Shown one piece after another: positions 18,803-28,682 of a DNA stretch of 64,000 nt (the stretch's first letter is position 1; the number at the start of each line of letters is the position of its first letter). A model generated the notes under the pieces. The model was not told the DNA's origin. It ran no database searches and saw only the letters and a list, made by a program, of their open reading frames with translations. The stretch is from Bacteroidales bacterium. GTDB taxonomy: Bacteria > Bacteroidota > Bacteroidia > Bacteroidales > UBA12481. The stretch is from the NCBI GenBank assembly GCA_028686135.1, contig JAQUCP010000006.1:43721-107720 (forward strand), read 5' to 3'. A program made the position numbers and the translations under genes.

Positions 18803-19324
18803 TTAACGATGACTGGAAACAAAACCACCGGTTCCCTTTTCCCTGGTGTCAGTATTATGTGGCCTTGATCGCCGAAAATGAGCCATCACACCTGGCATCA
18901 GCGTGAAAATCAAGATGAGCAGGCCAAGAATGGCAACAGCCGACTGGATCCAGAACTGGTAGCCAATGAGAATGATCTGCACATGAATCCAAATAATGAC
19001 CATCAGCCCGGTATAAAGACTGTAGGTCCAGGCCCAATGACGATTCCGATAGATATTGAACACATGAGCCCACTTCCAGTGTGGCCTGGTTAGCAGGGGA
19101 TAAATCAACAAGAGCGGTAATAGCCCAAGAAAAACCCCCAGAACCAGGCCCGGCGTAAAGAAACTCTCAAAAGGCAATAGTTCCAGCACCTCCGGTGGCA
19201 TCCCTAGATACTCACCTGATGGATCGTACATCAGCCCAAAACCTCCAAACAGAGCGGCGGCGGATAGGATTAAAAGGAGGAAAATAAGAATATAAAGTGT
19301 GAAGGGTTTTTTATCCTTACCCAT
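18803..19324 (-). CDS. integral membrane protein of unknown function
   Basis: 173 aa with about 4 hydrophobic segments. I recognise no family. Confidence 0.55.
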   Translation of the reverse strand: MGKDKKPFTLYILIFLLLILSAAALFGGFGLMYDPSGEYLGMPPEVLELLPFESFFTPGLVLGVFLGLLPLLLIYPLLTRPHWKWAHVFNIYRNRHWAWTYSLYTGLMVIIWIHVQIILIGYQFWIQSAVAILGLLILIFTLMPGVMAHFRRSRPHNTDTREKGTGGFVSSHR

Positions 19325-19359
19325 TACATCATATTTGGTTAAACCATCAGTAGAATCAA

Positions 19360-22300
19360 CTACAACTCCTTGATTCTCACGTTTCTAAACCTCAATTGAG
19401 ATCCATGCCCCAGAAATCCAATATGGCCCGAACGCCTTTTCAGGCCGGGGTGATCATTATGGTCAATGGTGCCATTTCGGCTGGCCTCGGCCAGATCGCC
19501 ATCTACAATAACGGTCCCGTTCACAGTCACCCGGATATGGTTCCCCTTGATCCAGATCTCCTCTTCGTTCCATTCACCTACCGGCTTGAGAGAGCCCCGG
19601 CGTGCGGGAATGACTCCATATACCGAGCCATGGTACTGATACTGTTGCAGGTTAGCGTAAATAGGTGATGAATCGTCCAACACCTGGATTTCCATGCCGA
19701 CATAGGCAGCATCTCCCTCCAGCGGAGCACGAATCCCAATACCGTTATTGGCGCCCGGGGTGAGCTGAAACTCAAAACGGAAGGCAAAATCAGCATACTC
19801 CTTTTCCGTGTATAGGTTACCAGAACCACCACCTTGCGGATCGACCAAAATTTCACTATTATCTACCTTATAGTCAGTCTTATTACCAATCCAGCCATCC
19901 AGATTTTTGCCATTAAATAGGGCTACAAATCCTTCTGACTGTTCCTCCACGGTGAGACCATACGTTTCACTGCTGATCTCCCTCACATAAATATTCCTGA
20001 ATCCCAGGTCAGTACCATGAGCTTGCAACTCAATCGCTCCGGTGGGGAAGATTGGCAGGGAACGATCCCAGTAGTTTTCGAGAATCACCTGATCGACAAC
20101 GAGAACACCATTGAGGTAAACAGTTACCCGATCACCTATCATTTTGATATAGAAGGTATTCCACTCTCCTACCGGATTATCGGCAAAGCGAAGCGGTTTA
20201 CTTGGGTTAACCTGATTATTGTAAAGGCCGCCTGATCCCACCTGGGCACCTACGTCGGTACGGGCTGGATCCCAAATCTGGACCTGTGGGGTTCCACGGA
20301 GGTAAATTCCGCTATCACCATTTTTCGTGATGCGCCAATCGACCCACATCTCGAAATCGCCGTAATCTTTTACGGAACACAGGTTTTCATAACCTGTTCC
20401 GGTGAATCGGATGACTCCATTATCCACCGTCCAATTCTCGGGAATGCGGGCATCAGCTTCGATCTGCTTCTTAGCCAGGTCATCGCGACTCATTTTGCTG
20501 CGGGCGATTGGATTCTCAACCAGACCTTTCCATCCGGTCAGGTCTTTGCCGTTAAACATCGACACAAACCCCGGGTCTTTAGGCATGCTGTTGATCCAGT
20601 TCCGCATATTCTCTTTGGCGTACTGGCTATCGGGTCCGCTGATTACCTGGATACACTTCTCCAGGATGGGTTTAACCTCATCACCGTACATTCCCTCGCG
20701 GCTACCGGATGGTGGCATAGCGATATTCATGGCAACCCAGGCAGCATCGCTGGCTATTGCCGGATCATCGAGAAAGCCGGCGACAAACACCAGGGTCAGG
20801 AAGGTCCGGTTGTTATCAAGCGCCTGAATCACCTCTCGTTTCTGATCAGGATTTGAGGCCAGATCCATTATCTTCCTCAGCTGCAACAGTTTCTGATCAG
20901 GATGCAACCGTGCTTTCCCGATTTTATTAACATAGGCTGAGAAGGCTTCCGGCTTATATTTCTTCACTTTTCCGGAGGCGATATCAAACAGATGGCTGGC
21001 TGCGGATTGGTCTTTCCACAGGGTTAAAGCCTTAAATGCCTGATCTTTAGCAGAACCTCTTTGCGTTTTAAACTCTGACACAACCAGATCCAGGGCATCA
21101 TCTCCACCCACTCTGGGGATCACCCCGAGCAGTTTTTCGCGGAGTGCTTTTTTTGTTTTATAGGCTTCCAGGATTGACTGATTGCGAACATCGCCATCCT
21201 GATTTGCTGAGATAGCCACAACGAGAGCATCTTGCACACTGGAGATCTCTTTCGGCTGTTTCGCATTCTCCAGAATTGGGAGGAGCAGGTTATCATCGCC
21301 AGCCTGGGTCACCTTTGGCAAGGCGGCATAAGCAGCAGCACTGACGGCGGGGTTCGGATCGGTGAGATGATCTCTTACGATCGCTGAATGTAAAACAGCT
21401 TTCCGAGCTGCCAGAATATTGATTAACACTGGCTTAGCCTCGTCCGGAGTGTCCCCGATAGCGGCAGCAATATCGGCTGTCTCTTGGGCTCCGACGAGTT
21501 GATTCAACAGTACGCCGGCATTATCAATCTCAGCACTGGTAGCTTTCTCCAGATTCTGTAACACCACAGGGAGGGCTTTCTTTCCATCCAGACTCACGAG
21601 GGCCGTTAGAGCTGCAGCTCTAAGATCAGGGTTATCGCCCCGATTCATGGTATTCAACATAGGCCGGATAACCGGATTGCCGGTTTTGGCCAACATGTTC
21701 ACGATCTCAACAGCCAGCTCGGGCTGAGCAGCTTTTGCTTTATCCATCCATTTGCGAATGGCTGCTATATCGTTAATTTTCAAGGCATTACCCAAAACAG
21801 CCTCTCGATATTTTTTATCCGGATGATCAACTCCCTTGAGTAACAGGTCGAGGGCTTCGTACCCGGTATGATCAGCCAGAATACTCATTGCGGCCAATCC
21901 GGTGGTCATGTTAACCGGCTTGGTGCACTCTTTCACCAGCATGCGGCAGATCTCATTAACCTTGGCAAGATCCCCGCCCTTAGCCAGGTTATCCAGATAC
22001 ACCAGCAGGGAGCGGGTGGCATCGGTAGGCTCGTAGGCATAGTCGGCTTGACGGGCAGCCTGGAGCATCACCTCTGATGAGGCTGGTGCTCCGATTTGGG
22101 AGAGGGCAAAAAGTACAGCCTTTTTCAGGTGTGGATTGGCAGTACCTGCCAGGTTCCGGATACTCTCTTCGGCGCACATGCCTCCATACTGTCCAAAGGC
22201 ATTAACCACCACCACCTGATTATCGCCGGTCAACTCGGGGATAGCCACTTTCAGCGCATGCATCGCCGGGTGGAGCTTCATGTTCACCAATACGGCGGCA

Positions 22301-22758
22301 GCAGGCTCAACAAGCTCAGAATCAGAAAGATAATTAGCAACTGGCTCTATCGCTTCCTCTCTTGCAAAAAACTTCAGGTGGTAGAGGAAGAAGGATTTAA
22401 CCTCTTTATTCGTTGCTTTCTCCAGCGCCTGGAGAAACTGATTGGAAACCATCATTCGGGCTTCCTCATGTTGACCTTCGCCCAGGACCAGAGCCAGGGC
22501 ATTCAGGGCATAGCGGGCATTTGTGTCATCACCGGTACCCGGGGCCACGATCAGCTTAGTGATCTCGGGTAAACCGGCCTCACCCAGCTGGATCATCTCG
22601 TAAACAGCACGATCGCGTTGGGCCAGATCTCTCGCAGGCATCTGGGCAAGAACATCAGCAATCCGGGTGGACAACAGTCGGACATCCTGTGCCTGTGCTG
22701 TAAAACTCATGGTGAAAGTAACCAGCACCATCACCAGGATATTCTTCATATTTTTCAT
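19360..22758 (-). CDS. secreted HEAT-repeat protein with two C-terminal DUF1080 (3-keto-disaccharide hydrolase-like) domains
   Basis: Start at ATG 22758 (MKNMKNILVMVLVTF, signal peptide). About 750 aa are alpha-helical HEAT-like repeats. Two modules follow of the form F(V)..FNGK(D/N)L.GW...W.V.NG.I...G.L...Y.DF......NSG-like...GFRN..IKE. Confidence 0.7.
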   Translation of the reverse strand: MKNMKNILVMVLVTFTMSFTAQAQDVRLLSTRIADVLAQMPARDLAQRDRAVYEMIQLGEAGLPEITKLIVAPGTGDDTNARYALNALALVLGEGQHEEARMMVSNQFLQALEKATNKEVKSFFLYHLKFFAREEAIEPVANYLSDSELVEPAAAVLVNMKLHPAMHALKVAIPELTGDNQVVVVNAFGQYGGMCAEESIRNLAGTANPHLKKAVLFALSQIGAPASSEVMLQAARQADYAYEPTDATRSLLVYLDNLAKGGDLAKVNEICRMLVKECTKPVNMTTGLAAMSILADHTGYEALDLLLKGVDHPDKKYREAVLGNALKINDIAAIRKWMDKAKAAQPELAVEIVNMLAKTGNPVIRPMLNTMNRGDNPDLRAAALTALVSLDGKKALPVVLQNLEKATSAEIDNAGVLLNQLVGAQETADIAAAIGDTPDEAKPVLINILAARKAVLHSAIVRDHLTDPNPAVSAAAYAALPKVTQAGDDNLLLPILENAKQPKEISSVQDALVVAISANQDGDVRNQSILEAYKTKKALREKLLGVIPRVGGDDALDLVVSEFKTQRGSAKDQAFKALTLWKDQSAASHLFDIASGKVKKYKPEAFSAYVNKIGKARLHPDQKLLQLRKIMDLASNPDQKREVIQALDNNRTFLTLVFVAGFLDDPAIASDAAWVAMNIAMPPSGSREGMYGDEVKPILEKCIQVISGPDSQYAKENMRNWINSMPKDPGFVSMFNGKDLTGWKGLVENPIARSKMSRDDLAKKQIEADARIPENWTVDNGVIRFTGTGYENLCSVKDYGDFEMWVDWRITKNGDSGIYLRGTPQVQIWDPARTDVGAQVGSGGLYNNQVNPSKPLRFADNPVGEWNTFYIKMIGDRVTVYLNGVLVVDQVILENYWDRSLPIFPTGAIELQAHGTDLGFRNIYVREISSETYGLTVEEQSEGFVALFNGKNLDGWIGNKTDYKVDNSEILVDPQGGGSGNLYTEKEYADFAFRFEFQLTPGANNGIGIRAPLEGDAAYVGMEIQVLDDSSPIYANLQQYQYHGSVYGVIPARRGSLKPVGEWNEEEIWIKGNHIRVTVNGTVIVDGDLAEASRNGTIDHNDHPGLKRRSGHIGFLGHGSQLRFRNVRIKEL

Positions 22759-22804
22759 AGTTGTTCTAACTTCTTTAAGGTAAATCGTAAGAGCACATCG
22801 CAAA

Positions 22805-24076
22805 TTACAGCGTCCACGGCGACCGCATCGGCTGGTTAATCATCCGGTTAGCCCCTTCATCATCGATAAACTCCTGTTTCACAGGATCATATTTCAACGA
22901 GCGGCCCAATCGAACGGCAATAATTCCAAGGTTAACGATAGTCGAGGAGCGGTGTCCGTTCATTTCATTCAGCGCGAACTTCTGGCGGGTACGAACCGAT
23001 TCGGAGAAGATTCCGATCTGTGGTTCGGGATCCGGCAGCGTTTCGATAAATTTTTGGATGTTCGGTATGGTTGACCGGAATCCGCGGTACACTTTCCCAT
23101 AGGGACCTTCGATATAGGCAGCATCCTTATCACGGTTCTCCCCGTCGAGGATGATTTTGCAGCCATCAGCATAGGTATATTCGATTCTCCTCCAGGATCC
23201 GCAGGCATCGGGATGCTGCTGCGGAGCATCCACCTCCACGGATACCGGACTGGTATCATCTTTCCCAAGCATATACTGAACCGGATCGAGATAATGTTGA
23301 CCCATATCACCCAGGCCACCACCATCGTAATCCCAATATCCGCGAAAGACCGAATGAACACGTTCCGGGTTGTAAGGCTTGTACGGAGCCGGTCCGAGCC
23401 AGAAATCATAATCCAGATCCTCGGGCACCGGCATCGGAGCGAGGTTAGTCTTCCCACTCCAGTAAAATTTCCAGTCGTAGCCGGTGATTCCGCTGACGGT
23501 TACTTTCAGGGGCCACCCTAGTACTCCACTGTCTATCAATTTTTTAAGTGGTTTAACATCCGTTCCCAAACCATAAAATCCATCCTTAAAGCGGAACCAG
23601 GTATTAAGACGGAACATTCGTCCGTGGCGGTTGACAGCTTCGACAACTTTAATTCCCTCACCGATCGTGCGGGTCATAGGCTTCTCGCACCAGATATCTT
23701 TACCTGCTTCGGCGGCAGCAACAGCCATCAGGCCGTGCCAGTGTGGGGGAGTAGCAATATGAACGACATCAATATCCGGGCGAGCGAGCAGCTCCCGGAA
23801 GTCGTGGTAACCGGTAACTCCCTGACCAGCCTGTGCCAGGGCCTGGCGCAAGTGGCCACGGTCCACATCACATACGGCCAGCAATTTGGTGCCTTCGTAA
23901 TCAAAATGACCGCGACCCATACCACCAACCCCGATAATCCCCTTGGTTAGCTGGTCGCTGGGAGCTGTATAACCGGAACCGCCCAACACGTGGCGTGGAA
24001 CTACCGTAAACGCGGCTGCACCCAGGATCCCGGTTTTCAAGAAGTTCCTGCGGTTAACTGTTTGTTTTTCTTTCAT
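22805..24076 (-). CDS. Gfo/Idh/MocA family oxidoreductase with Tat signal
   Basis: Start at ATG 24076. The twin-arginine motif is RRNFLKTGILGAAA. The Rossmann motif is GIIGVGGMG and EKP is present. Stop and start are only 1 nt from the DUF1080 gene. Confidence 0.8.
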   Translation of the reverse strand: MKEKQTVNRRNFLKTGILGAAAFTVVPRHVLGGSGYTAPSDQLTKGIIGVGGMGRGHFDYEGTKLLAVCDVDRGHLRQALAQAGQGVTGYHDFRELLARPDIDVVHIATPPHWHGLMAVAAAEAGKDIWCEKPMTRTIGEGIKVVEAVNRHGRMFRLNTWFRFKDGFYGLGTDVKPLKKLIDSGVLGWPLKVTVSGITGYDWKFYWSGKTNLAPMPVPEDLDYDFWLGPAPYKPYNPERVHSVFRGYWDYDGGGLGDMGQHYLDPVQYMLGKDDTSPVSVEVDAPQQHPDACGSWRRIEYTYADGCKIILDGENRDKDAAYIEGPYGKVYRGFRSTIPNIQKFIETLPDPEPQIGIFSESVRTRQKFALNEMNGHRSSTIVNLGIIAVRLGRSLKYDPVKQEFIDDEGANRMINQPMRSPWTL

Positions 24077-24229
24077 AGTAAAACGCTTTGGAATGAAATC
24101 AAAAAATAGATGCCCGAAGGTAGGATTTTTACGAAAGCCGGACAAGAGCTATCGGGATAACCTCTTTTTGGAAAAATCTAACCATTTTTGAAAAGCTTTA
24201 TCCTTAAAGGAATTCTTAATCCGAATAAA

Positions 24230-26164
24230 ATGAAAAAAGAGAAATTCTTCTTCTGCCTTTCATTATTGGCAATCGCTTCCGTGTGCCTAAATCTCCATGC
24301 CCAGGACACGATCCAGGTGGTTACTCATGATCAGGTTAAGGTGGTAACCGATCCATCGAAGGGTGTGAATAGTTATTCAGCACAAGCCCACTTCCCGGAG
24401 GCCGGAGTGCCGATCCGCAAAGTCAACCTGCTAGTCACCTTCGAGTGCCCCGATGGGCTGGCTTGTGGTGAGTGGGACTATATCGACCACATCAATTTAC
24501 AGGGTCACGATCCGGTGACAGGCGAACCGTTTACCTATGAAATCGCACGGCTGATCACCCCCTACGGTCGGTTTTTCGGGACCGACTGGCGCTTTACATT
24601 CAAAACTGATGTGACGGATTTCGCTTCCTTGCTACGAAACCAGGCGATTGTTGAGTATGTGCATACGGGTTATGAATCGAACACCACGTGCGGATGGAAG
24701 ATTTCGGTAAAATTCGAGTTTATCCAGGGCCCACCGGTTGCCGGAATCGTTGCGATCCACCCCCTGTGGAACGGCAGCTTCCCCTATGGCAATCCCGAAG
24801 ATGATATTGAGCAATACCTCGATGAGAAAACCATCAAAACACAAGATAAAACCAGGCTATTACGCCTGAGGATTCTTCAAACCGGCCATGGGATGGACCG
24901 CACCGAGAATTGTGCCGAGTTTTGCTCCAAATGGCGCGAGGTGATCTTCAACGGTCAGGTGGTTGAACACCGCGATATGTGGGTCACCTGTGGTTCCAAT
25001 CCGGTTTACCCGCAGGCTGGAACCTGGATCTTCGACCGGGCCAACTGGTGCCCGGGATGCATGGTCGGACAGGAACACTTCGATCTGGTCGTTGAGCCCG
25101 GCAGCTCGCATGTCATTGATGTTAATATGGAGCCGTACCAAGTGACGCGTGGAGAACCATCGGCAAACTATGTATTTAGCTCATTTTTAATTGAATATCA
25201 AAAACCTAAGGCAACCCATGATGTAGCGATTGACGAGATCTTGGTGCCGTCGGCAGATGATCTATATTCCCGGATGAATCCAGCCTCCTTTGGAGCCCGG
25301 ATCCGGATTAAAAATAATGGTACCACGCCGCTAAAGTCTGCTATCATTGAGTATGGCCTGAACGGACAGAAACCCTTGGTCCACCTGTGGAAAGGGGAGC
25401 TGGCATTTGGACAGTCGGAGGAGCTGCTCCTGCCGGGAGTCATTCATTCCGACCAGCAGACCGACCTGTTCACGGTCAACATCAACCGGCCCAACGGCAG
25501 ATCCGACCGTTATAACGGTGATAACCGGATGACCTCCTTATGGAGCGCACCTCCGGTCTATCCCGGAGAGTTCGTGGTCATCTGCAAAACCAACCGCGAT
25601 ACCATGCAAAATGCCTGGAGAATAACGGATGCCCAAGGGAAGATTTGGTTCCAGCGCGAAGAATCTGAGTTAAAGGCTAATCGAGAATATCGCGATACGG
25701 TTACTTTGCCCGATGGGCATTACAATTTGCTAGTCACCGACCGGGGAGGCGACGGGCTGGAGTTTTGGTACAATGCCCGGTCGGGAATGGGATATGTCAG
25801 ACTGGCCAGAACGGATGGTGGACTGATCCAGGCTTTTGGCAGTGATTTCGGCAATGAGATCTTCCAGAACTTCACGGTTGATAGCCAGGCAACGGAACAT
25901 GCCACCCAGGATGCCCTGGTGCTGGTCTATCCCCACCGGCCTATCCAGAACACCACCCTGATGCTCCATTTTAACCAACCTCAAACAGTGAAAGCTAAAT
26001 TGACAAACCAGGCAGGAAAACTCATGCAGGAATTGACTTGGTTTGAGGTGACCAAAGGTGATTTTCTCATCGATCTATCCAACTACCCTGATGACACTTA
26101 CCTCCTGGAAATCAGCTACAACGGCCAAAATCAGCAGATCAGATTAAAGAAAGCAAGGAGATAA
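24230..26164 (+). CDS. PNGase F-like (peptide-N-glycosidase F family) protein with extra domains and T9SS-type C-terminal domain
   Basis: Start at ATG 24230, with a signal peptide. CGEWDY, ITPYG, DVTDFASLL, CAEFC, DRANWCPG and YVFSSFLIEY parallel CDEWDR, ITPYW, DVTDFKSLL, CAEWC, DRAGWCPG and YAISSFVIA of Elizabethkingia PNGase F as I recall it. Confidence 0.7.
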   Translation: MKKEKFFFCLSLLAIASVCLNLHAQDTIQVVTHDQVKVVTDPSKGVNSYSAQAHFPEAGVPIRKVNLLVTFECPDGLACGEWDYIDHINLQGHDPVTGEPFTYEIARLITPYGRFFGTDWRFTFKTDVTDFASLLRNQAIVEYVHTGYESNTTCGWKISVKFEFIQGPPVAGIVAIHPLWNGSFPYGNPEDDIEQYLDEKTIKTQDKTRLLRLRILQTGHGMDRTENCAEFCSKWREVIFNGQVVEHRDMWVTCGSNPVYPQAGTWIFDRANWCPGCMVGQEHFDLVVEPGSSHVIDVNMEPYQVTRGEPSANYVFSSFLIEYQKPKATHDVAIDEILVPSADDLYSRMNPASFGARIRIKNNGTTPLKSAIIEYGLNGQKPLVHLWKGELAFGQSEELLLPGVIHSDQQTDLFTVNINRPNGRSDRYNGDNRMTSLWSAPPVYPGEFVVICKTNRDTMQNAWRITDAQGKIWFQREESELKANREYRDTVTLPDGHYNLLVTDRGGDGLEFWYNARSGMGYVRLARTDGGLIQAFGSDFGNEIFQNFTVDSQATEHATQDALVLVYPHRPIQNTTLMLHFNQPQTVKAKLTNQAGKLMQELTWFEVTKGDFLIDLSNYPDDTYLLEISYNGQNQQIRLKKARR

Positions 26165-26166
26165 AA

Positions 26167-27285
26167 TTAGAGCCCTTCGGTGATTTTTTGGACCAGCTTA
26201 TTCTGATTAAAAAACTCTTTTGCGATCACCCGAATTACGGTGTAGGCTGGTATGGCAATCAGCATTCCAACCACCCCTCCTATAGTCGCGGCAAGCAGAA
26301 TCACGATGAAGATTTCGAGGGGATGTGATTTGACCGAACGAGAGAAGATCTGAGGTTGAAAGACAACATTATCAATGAGTTGAGTAATCTCCATCGCGAT
26401 GAAGATATAAATCAGCAGTGGAATCATTTCGGTAGCGACATCCATCGGCATGCTGACCGCCACGCCAACCAACATCCCAATCAGCGTACCGAGGAATGGA
26501 CCAACGTATGGAATGACATTCAACACTCCTGAAATCAAGGCAATGGTGACGGCATGATTAAACTGCAGACCAACGATGGATAATCCTGCCGTATTTAGGA
26601 TGATGATTCCCGTGATTTGCAGCATCACCCCAATAAAATACCGCTTCAGTAGAATGCTGATTGAGTGAATCGCATTACGCACGTTTTGTTCCTTATCTTC
26701 AGGGAAGAAGAGTACCAAAGCATCGGCGAAAAGGTCTGATTCCCGCATAAAATAATAGGAGATAAAGGAGATTGCCAGAATTGCGATAAAGGCATCTCCC
26801 AGGATCCCGGCAACATTGGAAACAAAGCCAGAAAACTCGACCTGGCCGATAGCTGTTACGACAGTGTTGCGTGTCCACGCCAGAAGGTCGAAGTCAACCG
26901 GAACCAGATTAAAACCGGCAAGAAAATCCCTGAGCTTACCAATGGGTGCTTCGAGGTTGGCTATCAGGCTGTTCAGGTCAAGATTGGAAAAATACTTGAT
27001 CTCATTGACTACCAAAGGCAGGAAGATGTAGAAAAACGTGAACGCCAGTCCCCAAAAGAGGAGCACGGTTATCAACGAACAGAGACCTCTTGGAAGAGGT
27101 CTTTTCCCAAGATGGATTTTCTGTAGGAGGTTTACCAGAGGCTCTCCAATCATCGAAATCACAAATGCTACGATGATATAAACAACGATGGAGCTAAAGA
27201 ACCAGATACTGAATCCTGCCACCAGCAGAGTGACACCCAGGATGATCAGCCGCTGGACATTTGTTAGGGACGGACGGGCAACCAT
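26167..27285 (-). CDS. AI-2E family transporter (second paralog)
   Basis: 372 aa polytopic membrane protein with the same family features as 15067-16092 (…HPLEIFIVILLAATIGGVVGMLIAIP). Confidence 0.75.
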   Translation of the reverse strand: MVARPSLTNVQRLIILGVTLLVAGFSIWFFSSIVVYIIVAFVISMIGEPLVNLLQKIHLGKRPLPRGLCSLITVLLFWGLAFTFFYIFLPLVVNEIKYFSNLDLNSLIANLEAPIGKLRDFLAGFNLVPVDFDLLAWTRNTVVTAIGQVEFSGFVSNVAGILGDAFIAILAISFISYYFMRESDLFADALVLFFPEDKEQNVRNAIHSISILLKRYFIGVMLQITGIIILNTAGLSIVGLQFNHAVTIALISGVLNVIPYVGPFLGTLIGMLVGVAVSMPMDVATEMIPLLIYIFIAMEITQLIDNVVFQPQIFSRSVKSHPLEIFIVILLAATIGGVVGMLIAIPAYTVIRVIAKEFFNQNKLVQKITEGL

Positions 27286-27310
27286 AGAAAGTAAAGATAA
27301 TGTTTTCCAA

Positions 27311-28681
27311 TTAACCGCTCACAATCGGGAAAATCAACACCTCCGCCACGATGTAAGCTAGGAAGAGCAAGGTAGTCCAGACAACCATTATTCGGGTATT
27401 CGTGTAGGTGCTAACGGCAATGCCCAGGCTCTTTTTCGTATAGATCATGAGAATGACTCGTTCCAGGTAGTACGCAATTACTGTTGCCAGGGCCACGCCC
27501 CGTATTCCCCACAGGCGGATTAGCAGCAAACTAAGTCCGATATTGGTCAGCAGTTCGACCAATGCGGCGATCATTAAAATTCGGGTGCGGCCGGTGGCCA
27601 AGAGCACGGTATGAGGAAAAAGCAACCTACTAACAATCAACAGAATAAACAAATTTACTACACCAGCACTCTCCAGATAATCCCAGCCATAAATTAACGG
27701 ATAGATCAGGTAGGAAGAGAGCACCACCAGGATCGAGAGGGGAAACATCCAGGAGGCCATGCGGGCCGAGCGTTCGCGGAGCATCAGCAGGCCTTTTTCT
27801 CTTCCATCTCGGGCGATGATGGCTGTCATAGCGTTACTCAGGGCATAGGCGAGGGTTGCCACCAGGGGTAGTTCTCTGGCCCCATAGCGAAAGAGGGCAA
27901 AGGTGGCAGCATCTGACCAGGCGGAGACGATGAATCCATTAACATATTGCGCTGATCCACTGAGCAGTACACTAACAATCACGGGTCCACCGAGCAATAA
28001 ATACTCCTTCCAGAAGGTAAGGTCGATCCGAAAATCCCCATTTCGGAATAAGATCATAATGAGCCAGACTGTTCGGAAGGCGCCTGCCGCGATCATACCC
28101 CACATGGCAGCCTTTACCCCCAATCCCATCAGCACGGGAACTCCTACGAGCAGGAGCTGCAGCGAAAAGGCGATGATGCCATAACGCAGGAGTTTACGCG
28201 ACTGGTCGGTAATGACGTACCAATACTCGACCAGGGTGGATGGGGCGAAGGAGACGAGGTAAAGGATCACCAGTCCGGTGATTTCTCGCGGGAGCTCCTG
28301 CTGGAGGAGTCGGCCGAGTAGAGGGCTGAGGAGCCACAGGGCAAGTGCTGCCATTGCGGTGAAAAGCAGCAGCAGCAGGAAAGCATTAAAAAAGGGACGA
28401 CCAGGTGTTGAAAAGGATTGATTTACAGCACCTTGATTTGATAAGCTCTTTCTTCCTGACGCCAATGGCAGCAGGGCCTGGATCAGGCCGGTGAGCCAGA
28501 AATAGCTGACGATTCCAGCAAAAAAGAGGAAAGACTCATACAGTCCCACGGATGACGGCTGCAGTCCGGAGCGAGGCAAAAGGATGCTGATGAGGAAGGC
28601 GGAGCCGAACCGGAAGAGCTGGAAATATTGAAGCCCGGAGAGGGTGTCGTAGGGCAATATTTTTCTCCAGCTCAGGGGCAA
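27311..28681 (-). CDS. MOP-superfamily oligosaccharide/polysaccharide flippase-like protein
   Basis: 456 aa with about 12-14 TM segments and a Wzx/MurJ-like topology. This is a weak motif-level call. Confidence 0.5.
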   Translation of the reverse strand: MPLSWRKILPYDTLSGLQYFQLFRFGSAFLISILLPRSGLQPSSVGLYESFLFFAGIVSYFWLTGLIQALLPLASGRKSLSNQGAVNQSFSTPGRPFFNAFLLLLLFTAMAALALWLLSPLLGRLLQQELPREITGLVILYLVSFAPSTLVEYWYVITDQSRKLLRYGIIAFSLQLLLVGVPVLMGLGVKAAMWGMIAAGAFRTVWLIMILFRNGDFRIDLTFWKEYLLLGGPVIVSVLLSGSAQYVNGFIVSAWSDAATFALFRYGARELPLVATLAYALSNAMTAIIARDGREKGLLMLRERSARMASWMFPLSILVVLSSYLIYPLIYGWDYLESAGVVNLFILLIVSRLLFPHTVLLATGRTRILMIAALVELLTNIGLSLLLIRLWGIRGVALATVIAYYLERVILMIYTKKSLGIAVSTYTNTRIMVVWTTLLFLAYIVAEVLIFPIVSG

Positions 28682-28682
28682 A

